DNA of 61,880 bases, filler included. It is 6 parts of 6 records of this genome, joined end to end, with 100 filler letters (N's around TTAATTAATTAA, not from the genome) between each part and the next. Parts side by side here need not be neighbours in the genome. Positions count along the whole stretch, not along the records: positions 35,754 to 41,960 come from SRR31156797_10435; positions 42,061 to 49,711 come from SRR31156797_10437; 4 more parts are not named here. One strand, given 5' to 3'. The notes under the pieces are model-generated. The model saw only the letters and a program-made list of their open reading frames with translations. It had not been told where the DNA came from and did not search any database. Within the stretch, counting starts at the first letter, position 1; each line of letters opens with the position of its first letter. Shown one piece after another: positions 37,364 to 46,108 of the stretch. The translations under genes were made by a program, and so were the position numbers.

Positions 37364-39109
37364 TTAATCATAGTCTTCATTCATCATTTCAATAAATGGA
37401 ACAGCTATTTCAGGACAAAATTGTGTCCCGGTATTCTCTTCAATAATTGTGAGAGCTTCTTTTTTTGTTTTTTTACTTCGATAAGGTCTGTTAGTTGTAA
37501 TAGCGTCATATGAGTCAGCTACTGCAATAATTCTTGAGCCAAGAGGAATCTTATCTCCTTTTAACATTGAAGGATAACCGTGGCCATCCCAGCTTTCGTG
37601 GTGAAATAACACTATAGGGATGATATTTTCCAGAGCTTTAATTGGCTTAAGTATTTCAGCTCCAATTACGGCATGTTGCTGAATTAATGCGTATTCCTCA
37701 TGAGTTAACTTGTCTTTTTTTAGCAGCACTTCATCTCTTATTCCGATTTTACCTATATCATGCAGGCTGGCAGCGATCTCAAGCTCGTGAAGTTCCTGCT
37801 TGTTCATGCCTATTTTCTTTCCAAGTTTTGTTGAAAGCTCGGAAACTCGTTCTGAGTGTCCTTTTGTATATTGATCTCTTGTTTCAAGAGCTTTGATTAG
37901 AGATTTTATACTAATCAGCATATACTCAACTTCTTTTTGATACACGGAATATTTTGCCAGCAGAAGATTTTCAACTGCAATAACTAATCTTTCGAGATCG
38001 AATGGTGTGATGAAAAACTTAGCAGGTTTAACTTTTCCCTCTATTCGAAGTTTTCGAATCTCTTTTTTATCTCCGATAACGATAACTTCCATATTGGAAG
38101 AAGAAGTTTTGTTTTTTAAACTCTCAATAAAAGATTCAATAGAGATCTCTTTGATATTACAATCAATAATTAGAATTTCAGGTAGTTCATCTTCGAGAAG
38201 CTTCAGTGCCTCGATTGCATTATTAAGAGAAGTAGTATTTATTCCATTTTTTAGTAGAGCATGCCTCATTAATTCTGATACCATTTTTGAGTTATCAACA
38301 ATTAAAACTTTGTGATTACCTCTTCTGACAACATCGCTGGTATACTCATACAGTTTTTGAGTCAGTTTGTCCGGATCAACCGGTTTAATTAAGTAATCAT
38401 CAGCACCGCAACTAAATGCAGTTTCGATATCAAATGGATTATTCAGACTAGAGAGCATAATTATAGGAATAAATAAATCATTATTGTTTTCCTTGATAGT
38501 TTTGCATAATTCGATTCCTGTCATTTCAGGCATCTCGATATCTGTAAGGACGAGATCCGGATGGATTTCATTATACAGAATCAGAGCTTCTCTACCATTA
38601 TATGCATGAATGATCTTGAATTCACTCTGAGGAATTATATCGGAAATTAATTCATGCATAAATTTGCTGTCATCTACATATAATATTTTTTTAAGATTAC
38701 ACATAGATTCATCTTTTAATTCATCACCATTATTCATTTCAATAAGAGCAATTTCAAGATTTTTAAGAAATTTATCCTCTTCTGTATGAATAACTTTTAG
38801 ATTTTCCGGATCATGAGATTCTTCCAAAAGCTTTTCTATATCTTTTTCTGAGTTAGAAAAAGATATATATCCGACTTTACAGTTAATTTTAAATACTTTT
38901 AGATATTTTACAATATCAATCCCCAAAAAATCCTTGTACTTATCCTGGATGAGTATAACATCCGGGTGGAACTCTTCATTTAAGCTATGAAGAAGTTCGA
39001 TATTTTCTTTAGTAGGAGCAAAGAACGTATAATCAATATCGTTTGTAATATAAAACTTGGTTAAATAAATCTTCACAAAATTAATATCAATAATATTTAA
39101 GACTTTCAT
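37364..39109 (-). CDS. Multi-receiver HD-GYP cyclic di-nucleotide phosphodiesterase
   Basis: REC domain (YVDDS, LTDIEMP, YLIKP) flanked by degenerate REC-like domains; GHSERV, LHDIGK and HHESWDGHGYP. Confidence 0.9.
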   Translation of the reverse strand: MKVLNIIDINFVKIYLTKFYITNDIDYTFFAPTKENIELLHSLNEEFHPDVILIQDKYKDFLGIDIVKYLKVFKINCKVGYISFSNSEKDIEKLLEESHDPENLKVIHTEEDKFLKNLEIALIEMNNGDELKDESMCNLKKILYVDDSKFMHELISDIIPQSEFKIIHAYNGREALILYNEIHPDLVLTDIEMPEMTGIELCKTIKENNNDLFIPIIMLSSLNNPFDIETAFSCGADDYLIKPVDPDKLTQKLYEYTSDVVRRGNHKVLIVDNSKMVSELMRHALLKNGINTTSLNNAIEALKLLEDELPEILIIDCNIKEISIESFIESLKNKTSSSNMEVIVIGDKKEIRKLRIEGKVKPAKFFITPFDLERLVIAVENLLLAKYSVYQKEVEYMLISIKSLIKALETRDQYTKGHSERVSELSTKLGKKIGMNKQELHELEIAASLHDIGKIGIRDEVLLKKDKLTHEEYALIQQHAVIGAEILKPIKALENIIPIVLFHHESWDGHGYPSMLKGDKIPLGSRIIAVADSYDAITTNRPYRSKKTKKEALTIIEENTGTQFCPEIAVPFIEMMNEDYD

Positions 39110-39319
39110 ACATACACACTCCTATGTGTTTTTCCCCTAACCCTTTCGCCTACAATATTACCATAATTGGGACAAAAAGTCAATTATTGAACACTGCAAG
39201 TGATTTTTGTACTGCAAAAAATTTAAAAAGAGAATAGGATGTCGCAATTAATGGAGTATAATAGTGGTAAGAAAAAGTTCACTCTTTGGAAAAATAATAA
39301 AGAAAAAAACTAAAAGTAG

Positions 39320-40021
39320 GTGGTTAGAGTGAGAAAAAAGTTAATAGTTATGTTATTTTTTATTCAAATAAGTACTAATTTTGCTGATTTGATTACTTTT
39401 TACACAGGCTTGCCAGCTGGTGATGCGAGATTTAAAACAGTTGAAGCAAGACTGACAGAAGCGTTTAAACGTTTAGATTATGAATTTGAATTAATTAATT
39501 TGCCAAAGTTACGGGCACTTGAAACTGCTAATAGTATGGGTGATGGAGACGCACATAGAGTTTATAGTATTTCTGAACTACAGCCGGCTTTGACGAATAA
39601 TTTAATTAGAATAGATACTCCTATAAGAGGAGGAAATGCTACTCGGATTTATGCACTGAATAAAAATCAAGTAGAGGTAAAAAATTATGATGATCTAAAG
39701 CAATTTAAAGCGAATGGTTATTTAAGGGGAATTAGTTATTTTGAGAAAAATATTCCTAATGCAGTTCCGATAAATAGTGCAGAGCAGTTAATAAAACTTC
39801 TAAACCTTGATAGATTAGATACGATAGCTATGACAGAAGAAGAACTGTTAAGTGTTGATTATAGATTGAGAGTTCATGTTGTACAAATAGGACGTGTGGA
39901 ACGAACTAGGAGAGTTTATCCATATATTCATAAGAAATATGCTGATCTAGCCCCATTATTAAAAGAAACTTTGGAAGAGATGAAAAAAGACGGAACATAT
40001 GATAAACTTAACTTTGAATAA
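39320..40021 (+). CDS. Periplasmic substrate-binding protein (family 3-like)
   Basis: Signal peptide; LPKLRALETANS.GDG, LLNLDRLD and EEMKKDGTYDKL. Confidence 0.65.
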   Translation: MVRVRKKLIVMLFFIQISTNFADLITFYTGLPAGDARFKTVEARLTEAFKRLDYEFELINLPKLRALETANSMGDGDAHRVYSISELQPALTNNLIRIDTPIRGGNATRIYALNKNQVEVKNYDDLKQFKANGYLRGISYFEKNIPNAVPINSAEQLIKLLNLDRLDTIAMTEEELLSVDYRLRVHVVQIGRVERTRRVYPYIHKKYADLAPLLKETLEEMKKDGTYDKLNFE

Positions 40022-40100
40022 AACGAGATTTACAGGATGCATAAAATGTACTTTTTTCTTTTAGATGAATTAGCATATAATTAATAGAGGTGAGATAGTA

Positions 40101-40874
40101 ATGAATCATGAAAATGAACTTTACTTAGAATATATTGAATTGATAGAAAATGATTATGCAAAATTTTACTCCATTGTGTATAGAATAACTGAGAATCATC
40201 AAAATACAGAGGAAGCATTGCAGAATACTTTTTTAGCGGCATATAAAAATTTAAGTAAATTTAAAAGAAAATCCAAATTATCGACTTGGATATACAAAAT
40301 AGCAATTAATGAGAGTCAGAAATTTATGAAAACATGGAATAAATTACCGGTTGTAACTATTACTGAAAATCTGAAATTAAGTGAAAAAGAGTTTTTCAAA
40401 ACACTTGAATATAAAGTAAAACCGGAAGATAAAATTTTGATAGATGATTTACGAGAAAAGTGTATTTATGGTTTTCTTAGATGTATTCCTAAAACTATGA
40501 GGCTTTGTTTTACATTGAAAATTTGTCTGGAATTAAAGAATAGAGAAATAGCTGAGATATTAGATATTACAGAGAGTAATGTGAAAGTAATGCTGCATAG
40601 AGTTAGAAAGCAGTTAAGAGAGATGTATGAAATGAGATGTAGTTTGATTGATCCGTCAAAACCTTGTAAATGTCATTTATGGGTAAAATTTATGAAGGAT
40701 AGAAATTTATCAATACCTGACGGTTATAACAGTGTTTCATATAAAGAGTTATTAATGAAACATAGAGAAAAAATGACTTCAATGGAAAAGATAGAACTGC
40801 TTTATAAAGTACAAAATACTATAGATAAAGATCAGTTTATAGATAAAATAAAAAAAATTATAAAAACTTTGTAA
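40101..40874 (+). CDS. ECF sigma factor with Cys-rich C-terminal extension
   Basis: EEALQNTFL..YKNLSKF...LSTWIYKIA (region 2); EIAEILDITESNVKVMLHR (region 4); RCSLIDPSKPCKCH extension. Confidence 0.9.
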   Translation: MNHENELYLEYIELIENDYAKFYSIVYRITENHQNTEEALQNTFLAAYKNLSKFKRKSKLSTWIYKIAINESQKFMKTWNKLPVVTITENLKLSEKEFFKTLEYKVKPEDKILIDDLREKCIYGFLRCIPKTMRLCFTLKICLELKNREIAEILDITESNVKVMLHRVRKQLREMYEMRCSLIDPSKPCKCHLWVKFMKDRNLSIPDGYNSVSYKELLMKHREKMTSMEKIELLYKVQNTIDKDQFIDKIKKIIKTL

Positions 40875-40897
40875 CCATTTAATGAAAACAGCACTCT
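40870..40897 (+). promoter_or_regulatory. Putative ECF promoter overlapping the sigma stop codon
   Basis: TGTAAC (40870-40875), 16 nt, CACTCT (40892-40897), upstream of the DUF3795 gene. Confidence 0.4.
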
Positions 40898-40943
40898 AAG
40901 TATATGTTGGAACCAATAATATATATTTAGAAGGAGTTTTATA

Positions 40944-41375
40944 ATGAATAAAAGAATTGTAGCACCATGCGGAATTGATTGTTTTAATTGTGAGTTATAT
41001 GAAAAAAATGTAACGGAAGAGTTTAAAGATAGAATTCATAAATATAGGGGTATACCTAAGGAAAAAATAAGTTGTAAAGGTTGCAGTGATGGAAATCAAT
41101 GCTTATTTCTTGATCTTCAGGGGAAAAAATGTAAAACATTGGAGTGCGTAAAAGAAAAAGGAGTTAATTATTGCTTTGAGTGTGATGATTTTCCATGTGA
41201 ATATCTACTGCCACTAGCTGATGGAGCAGATAGATTTCCTCAAAACTTTAAATTATATAATTTATGTATGATGAAAAAAATCGGTGTAGAAAAATGGGCG
41301 GATCAGGCAGCGGATATCAGAAAAGTATATTTTAATAAAAAAATAATTATTGGAGAGGGCGGAAGCCAAGAATAG
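40944..41375 (+). CDS. DUF3795-type Cys-rich protein
   Basis: PCGIDCFNC, CKGC and C...C.ECDDFPC pattern. Confidence 0.8.
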   Translation: MNKRIVAPCGIDCFNCELYEKNVTEEFKDRIHKYRGIPKEKISCKGCSDGNQCLFLDLQGKKCKTLECVKEKGVNYCFECDDFPCEYLLPLADGADRFPQNFKLYNLCMMKKIGVEKWADQAADIRKVYFNKKIIIGEGGSQE

Positions 41376-41407
41376 AAAACTAATAAAAAGAAGTTCCAAC
41401 AAATAAT

Positions 41408-41445
41408 AAAGCCAGTCTTTCAGTTTTGAAGGACTGGCTTTTCTT
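41408..41445. terminator. Bidirectional intrinsic terminator
   Basis: AAAGCCAGTCTTTCA/TGAAGGACTGGCTTT stem. Confidence 0.8.
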
Positions 41446-41895
41446 TTAAAATTTTAATACAAAATTTGCCATAGTTTCACGTTCGGTGAATCCATGCTTT
41501 TTATAAAATTCAGTTTCGTATGATTTCAACTCTCTGTCATTGTTAAGTAGAAGTCTTTTAACACTCTTTTCCTGAGCGATCTTTTTTACATGGTTAAGAA
41601 GAGCGCTTCCTATTCCCTGTCCTCTGAACTCTTTATTGATAAATAGTTCTGTAATATAGATCTCTTTTCCTTGGACTAAAGGCATTTCAACAATATGATA
41701 ATTCAGATAACCGGCTGTTCTATCATCGATATCGCAAATTAACATTTCTGAATCCTCTTTTTTGATAATATTTTCAAGAGATTTTTTTATTTCAGCCTTT
41801 GCTTCGTCTCTAAGCTCTGAGTGCCGAATATCTTCGATAATCTCAATAATATGAGGAAAATCCTTTTCAACATCTAATGGTCTAATTGTTCTCAT
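41446..41895 (-). CDS. GNAT acetyltransferase
   Basis: LFINKEFRGQGIGSALL acetyl-CoA motif; FYKKHGF. Confidence 0.9.
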   Translation of the reverse strand: MRTIRPLDVEKDFPHIIEIIEDIRHSELRDEAKAEIKKSLENIIKKEDSEMLICDIDDRTAGYLNYHIVEMPLVQGKEIYITELFINKEFRGQGIGSALLNHVKKIAQEKSVKRLLLNNDRELKSYETEFYKKHGFTERETMANFVLKF

Positions 41896-41900
41896 ACTGC

Positions 41901-41957
41901 CTCCTTGATTGTTTTTCTAAGTCAGAAAGCTTCAATCTGACTTTGCTTAGAAAAATA
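41901..41957 (-). promoter_or_regulatory. Conserved hairpin/leader element upstream of the GNAT gene (copy 2)
   Basis: TTTTTCTAAGTCAGA-9 nt-TCTGACTTTGCTTAGAAAAA bulged hairpin abutting the AAGGAG RBS. Confidence 0.45.
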
Positions 41958-41960
41958 ATA

Positions 41961-42060
41961 NNNNNNNNNNNNNNNNNNNNNNNNNNNNNNNNNNNNNNNN
42001 NNNNTTAATTAATTAANNNNNNNNNNNNNNNNNNNNNNNNNNNNNNNNNNNNNNNNNNNN
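41961..42060. other. Artificial contig spacer
   Basis: Ns + TTAATTAATTAA + Ns. Confidence 0.98.
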
Positions 42061-42985
42061 CCAGTTTCCGGTAGCTGTGTACCCCCAGAAGGCAATTGAG
42101 TCGGGGATATTTTTCCTGAAAATCCATTAACTGCCGATAATCGGGCGAGGCCAAAGGGTTTTCCTCATCGATCTGTTGCACGATGAGGGTTTCAGGGCCG
42201 AGGAGATATTGGGTATCGTCATCAAGAATAGTATCGGCTGTCCTGAAAAATTCATCCAGATGCCGGGCCTGTTTTTCCGGTACAAATTTTTCCGTGTATG
42301 GGTCCAGATTGGGCTGAATCAGGGCGATATTGACGGTTTCTTCCCCCGCTTGAAAATTGCGGTAGCGTTCATACGACAAAAAGGAAGGAACCAATAACAG
42401 GAAAAGGATTCCCGCCCCGAAAGGGGCCATTGCACCCAAACCGCTCTTTTTATAGATCTCATACCCTTTGAAAACGGCAAAATTCGTGAGAATAATCCAG
42501 AGGCTCCCACCCCGCACACCGGTAAACTCAACCCATTGGATCAGCCATGGCGCCGTGACCAGGGCATTTCCCAGATTGAACCAGGGCCAGGCCAGATCCC
42601 AGATGTTATGAAAATATTCATACCCCAGCCAGATGAACAGAAAAGGGAAAAACAATGGGATTTTGAGAATGGTTCGCACACGGCTTGCAGACCAGAAAAC
42701 AAACGCCTGCAGCAGGGAATTGGCCAGAAATATGAGCGTGGCTCCCAGCCATTGGGCCCGGGCCACCCACCAGGCCCCCAGGACATTTGCCAGGAAGAAA
42801 CCGGCAAAGGCATAGTTTAGCAGGGCATAACGGTTCCGGTTGTTGTGAATCTCCTTTTCCAGCTGTAAAAAGGGGACCCAGGCAATAAAGATCAGGAAGA
42901 AAAAGGAAGGAATAATCCAGGGGATACCCAGCAGCAGGCCGCTGGTCAGGGCAAGGAAGAGGTTTTTTCGGATGTTTGGATTCAT
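42061..42985 (-). CDS. lnt: Apolipoprotein N-acyltransferase (3' truncated)
   Basis: Multiple TM helices; WPWFNLGN, IQW.EFTGV.GGSLWI, IALIQPN and GPET (nitrilase Glu). Confidence 0.88.
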
Positions 42986-43083
42986 TTGGTTTCGATGTAA
43001 GATAAGCTTGATCAGGAAAAGCGCAACGAATTATCGGATGTGATGGCGGATCAAACGGTGAGGATTTTTATGGCACATTCTTG

Positions 43084-43692
43084 TCAATTGGAGAGTTCTC
43101 CCAAGGCGTGATCCAGAACCTGCTTCAGCCCTTCCAGCCCGATATTTTCCCTGGCCACCACGGGAAGGTTGGTAAATCGGCTGATTTTTTGAATGCGGGA
43201 CTCATATTGATCCAAATTATCAAGGGTATCCAGAAGATATAATCCTTTCAACATATTGAATTCACGGTGGGATGCCGCAGTGGGGCAGTCCAAATCCCGC
43301 TCGCCAAACTCCAGCGCGATCCAGGAGGGGTTCAGGAAAAAGAACTGGTGCCTGGGATCGATTTTTGACAACCGCCCCTCCCCTCCCAGGTAGCAGTCGA
43401 TACAATTCAGTGCGTTCACCTTGACCACATGGAACTCATTGACCAACGCTGCCATTTCGTTTTGAAACCCCAGGCAGATATCGCCGTACATAACGATGAC
43501 GTTCCCCGCATTTTGCTTTTTCTGTTTGGCCAGAAGTCCACGCAATGCCTTCTCCAACAGGGGTGGGTCATTGTGAAGCCCCGGGTTCAGGAAATACGGC
43601 TTTACATTCAGGGTACCTTGTTCAATTAGCGCCATAATTTCTTGTTTAAAAATGCCACAGGCAATGAGCGTGGGGACGGTAGGTTCTCCCAA
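43084..43692 (-). CDS. DUF1638-domain protein
   Basis: LIACGIFKQE, PGLHNDP, YGDIC, NCIDCYLG and FFLNPSW; AAGGAG RBS + TTG. Confidence 0.75.
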   Translation of the reverse strand: MGEPTVPTLIACGIFKQEIMALIEQGTLNVKPYFLNPGLHNDPPLLEKALRGLLAKQKKQNAGNVIVMYGDICLGFQNEMAALVNEFHVVKVNALNCIDCYLGGEGRLSKIDPRHQFFFLNPSWIALEFGERDLDCPTAASHREFNMLKGLYLLDTLDNLDQYESRIQKISRFTNLPVVARENIGLEGLKQVLDHALGELSN

Positions 43693-43750
43693 TGTAAATT
43701 TCTCCTTTCAGTCATTAATTCAGGTCATGGGCCATAAAAACCGGAGTTCA

Positions 43751-44698
43751 TCAGATGCCTCTTGTGGGAAAGATCTGCAAATATCTGCCGCTTTTGAAAT
43801 TCACGACAAAAATCCCCGAAACAATCAGCGCCAGAGCCAGCAGAAGTTCCCAGGTGATCGGTTCCCCGAGGATCAAGCCGCCTAAGAACACACCGGCAAT
43901 GGGCATGATAAAGATGAAAGAGTGCAGTGCCACGGCACCGTATTTCAACAGCATGGTGTTCCAGGCCACAAACCCGAAGGAGGCGGTCACAAGGCTCTGA
44001 TAAAGAAGCGCGGACACCACTTTCCCGTCCAGATGAACAATCATTTTAGCGTCCCAGAAATATCCAGCGAACAGAAAAATGGGGATACAGAAAAGCATGG
44101 GATAAAACACGATCTGGAAAGGTGAAAAGAGATGGATGATTCTTTTGGTATAGGCCGTATTGATGGCCCAGAGAAATGCATTTGTCAGGACCATTAAATC
44201 ACCCATCTGAACATCGGAAGTCATCCCCTTTTTCCCGGAAAAAACCAGAACCATTCCGATTGCCCCCATGATAAGCCCCAGGACCTTTTTCCTGTTAATG
44301 CGATCCCCCGGAATAAACCAGTGGGCCAGCACCAGGAGGAAAAAAGGCTGGAGATTCACCATCAGGGTTCCCCTGGAAGCGCTTGTTTTTCCCAGGCCCA
44401 GATATAACAGCCCCAGTTGCAGGGTAAACACAACGGATATGAAAAGAAGCTGAAAGGTTTGTCCCTTCCCCAGGGCAAAGGGCCTCCCGGTAAATCTGGC
44501 CCAGAGATAGATGGCGGCCGCGGCAATGCTGAACCGGAGTCCTGCGGCCGTAAAAGCGCCGATTCCCGAAAGGCTGTACTTGATGGCCACGGCATTGGCG
44601 CCGAAGAGCGTGCACAAAAATGCGGTAAAAAGGGCCGCGGACATTGGAATGTCCCGGTTGCTGAGATGGTGTTGCGCCATTCTTTCCTGTCGATCCAT
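43751..44698 (-). CDS. EamA/DMT-family transporter
   Basis: About 10 TM helices in two EamA repeats (AGLRFSIA; LILGEPIT). Confidence 0.88.
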   Translation of the reverse strand: MDRQERMAQHHLSNRDIPMSAALFTAFLCTLFGANAVAIKYSLSGIGAFTAAGLRFSIAAAAIYLWARFTGRPFALGKGQTFQLLFISVVFTLQLGLLYLGLGKTSASRGTLMVNLQPFFLLVLAHWFIPGDRINRKKVLGLIMGAIGMVLVFSGKKGMTSDVQMGDLMVLTNAFLWAINTAYTKRIIHLFSPFQIVFYPMLFCIPIFLFAGYFWDAKMIVHLDGKVVSALLYQSLVTASFGFVAWNTMLLKYGAVALHSFIFIMPIAGVFLGGLILGEPITWELLLALALIVSGIFVVNFKSGRYLQIFPTRGI

Positions 44699-44874
44699 TT
44701 AAAAGCTTCAAGTGATAGTCCTGGGCATTCGGAAGAAAACAACCTATCACGAATCAAACCGAAAAACTACAATATGATTTAATGAACTGAGCTTGTGAAA
44801 GGCCTATTCTTATGATGAGCGGAAAAGTTTCATTATCGATTATCTGGTGCTGTAATGCGGGTCGTTGAATGAAT

Positions 44875-45140
44875 CTAATCGCAATTGACACGACGCCCGA
44901 TAGAATTTGTTGTAGCATAATTTATATGGAAATATGGGACATTCGGTAATCTGGCCAGCCATAGAACCGCCGGAGCATCGGATGCCCCCATGTAGGAGGT
45001 GGTAATCATCCGAACCGGCACATTTCTGCTCCGTAAGTTTTCAAATGCGGGCATCAAGAGGCGCAGACCGGACCCTTTGATAAAAGAGACCAGGATGTCC
45101 ACTTCATCGGCCGAACGCATTTCAGCGCGGATTTCATGAT
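44875..45140 (-). pseudogene. Fragment of PLD-domain/DUF3427-type helicase
   Basis: HEIRAEMRSADEVDILVSFIKGSGLRLL...RMITTSYMGASD resembles the PLD N-terminus; ends before any HKD-like or helicase motif. Confidence 0.55.
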
Positions 45141-45363
45141 ATTTTTAAAGTCTGGTCTTAAAAACCTCATTGCCGGCGGAGCCGGTTCACTTCAAACTGG
45201 CGCGTGGACATGGAAAGAGCGCCTGGGATATGGCCTTATCGCCGGTTGAACTAAAAAAAAGCAATATTGATACGGATCATTTTCCGTTTGTTGCCTTGGT
45301 ACGCTGAATGTGCTAACAGTGTTAACTTAATGGGTTTACAGTCATTCTTTGGAATCTTAAAAA

Positions 45364-45513
45364 ATGGATTTGTCGAAATACCGGAAAACCGTTGTTGATA
45401 CCCTTCAGGATGGATTGATGGTGGTCGATGCCGTTGGGACCATTGTGGCCATGAACCCGGCAGCGGAAAAACTCAACGGATACCGATTCCGAGAACTGTT
45501 CGGGCGCATATGA
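45364..45513 (+). pseudogene. Truncated PAS domain (N-terminus of a PAS sigma54-activator-like gene)
   Basis: MDLSKYRKTVVDTLQDGLMVVDAVGTIVAMNPAAEKLNGY...ELFG then TGA after 49 codons. Confidence 0.55.
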
Positions 45514-45542
45514 ACTGTTTCATAACAAGAAAGGAGCTGGGC

Positions 45543-46103
45543 ATGAGATCACCAAACAACCGTTTTAGGACATTACAGATTATCACCATGGGTCTTATCA
45601 TCATCCTCACGGCAGGCATTGTTCATGCAGCGGAGAATGAAATTACCAAGGAAGACGTCATCAGGGTTCAGGAAGCCTGGGGTAATGCACTGGTCAACCT
45701 TGGGAAAACCTATACCGACGGCGGAGACTACCAAAAGGCAGCGAAAAACCTCATTAACACGCTTTACGCTTACCAGACGGGCCAAGTCCTTTTTAAACCG
45801 ACCAAAGCCTCTGACATCAAATTCCGGACGACCAAGGAAGGTGCTTTAAGCTATTTTGTGGGACACAATAAAAATTTTCCGGAAGACAAGGGTTTCGCCC
45901 TGAAACCCTGGACAAATGTCCGGTTCCAAAACGCCGGAATCTATATAAACGGTAATGTGGCCCTTGCCATGGGAAAGTATTTCTTTACCCCCCTTAAGGG
46001 GAGGGCGGTTAAAGTCGAATATACTTTCGGTTATGTGAAAGAGGGCGACGGCAGCCTGAAAATCATTTTACACCATTCCTCGCTGCCATACGCCGGAAAA
46101 TAA
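45543..46103 (+). CDS. Exported COG4337/SnoaL-like protein, putative iota-class carbonic anhydrase
   Basis: AAGGAG RBS; signal peptide; LFKPT, SYFVG, GFALKPW and C-terminal LHHSSLPY. Confidence 0.7.
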   Translation: MRSPNNRFRTLQIITMGLIIILTAGIVHAAENEITKEDVIRVQEAWGNALVNLGKTYTDGGDYQKAAKNLINTLYAYQTGQVLFKPTKASDIKFRTTKEGALSYFVGHNKNFPEDKGFALKPWTNVRFQNAGIYINGNVALAMGKYFFTPLKGRAVKVEYTFGYVKEGDGSLKIILHHSSLPYAGK

Positions 46104-46108
46104 ATGCA

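Noticed and set aside
41901-41957. Integron attC site upstream of a GNAT cassette-like gene
   Set aside because: Ends read CTAAG/CTTAG rather than RYYYAAC/GTTRRRY, and no integrase or cassette array is visible; kept only as an unexplained conserved element.
45511-45513. TGA ending the PAS fragment as possible selenocysteine or readthrough
   Set aside because: The frame hits TAA three codons later and PAS similarity does not resume.
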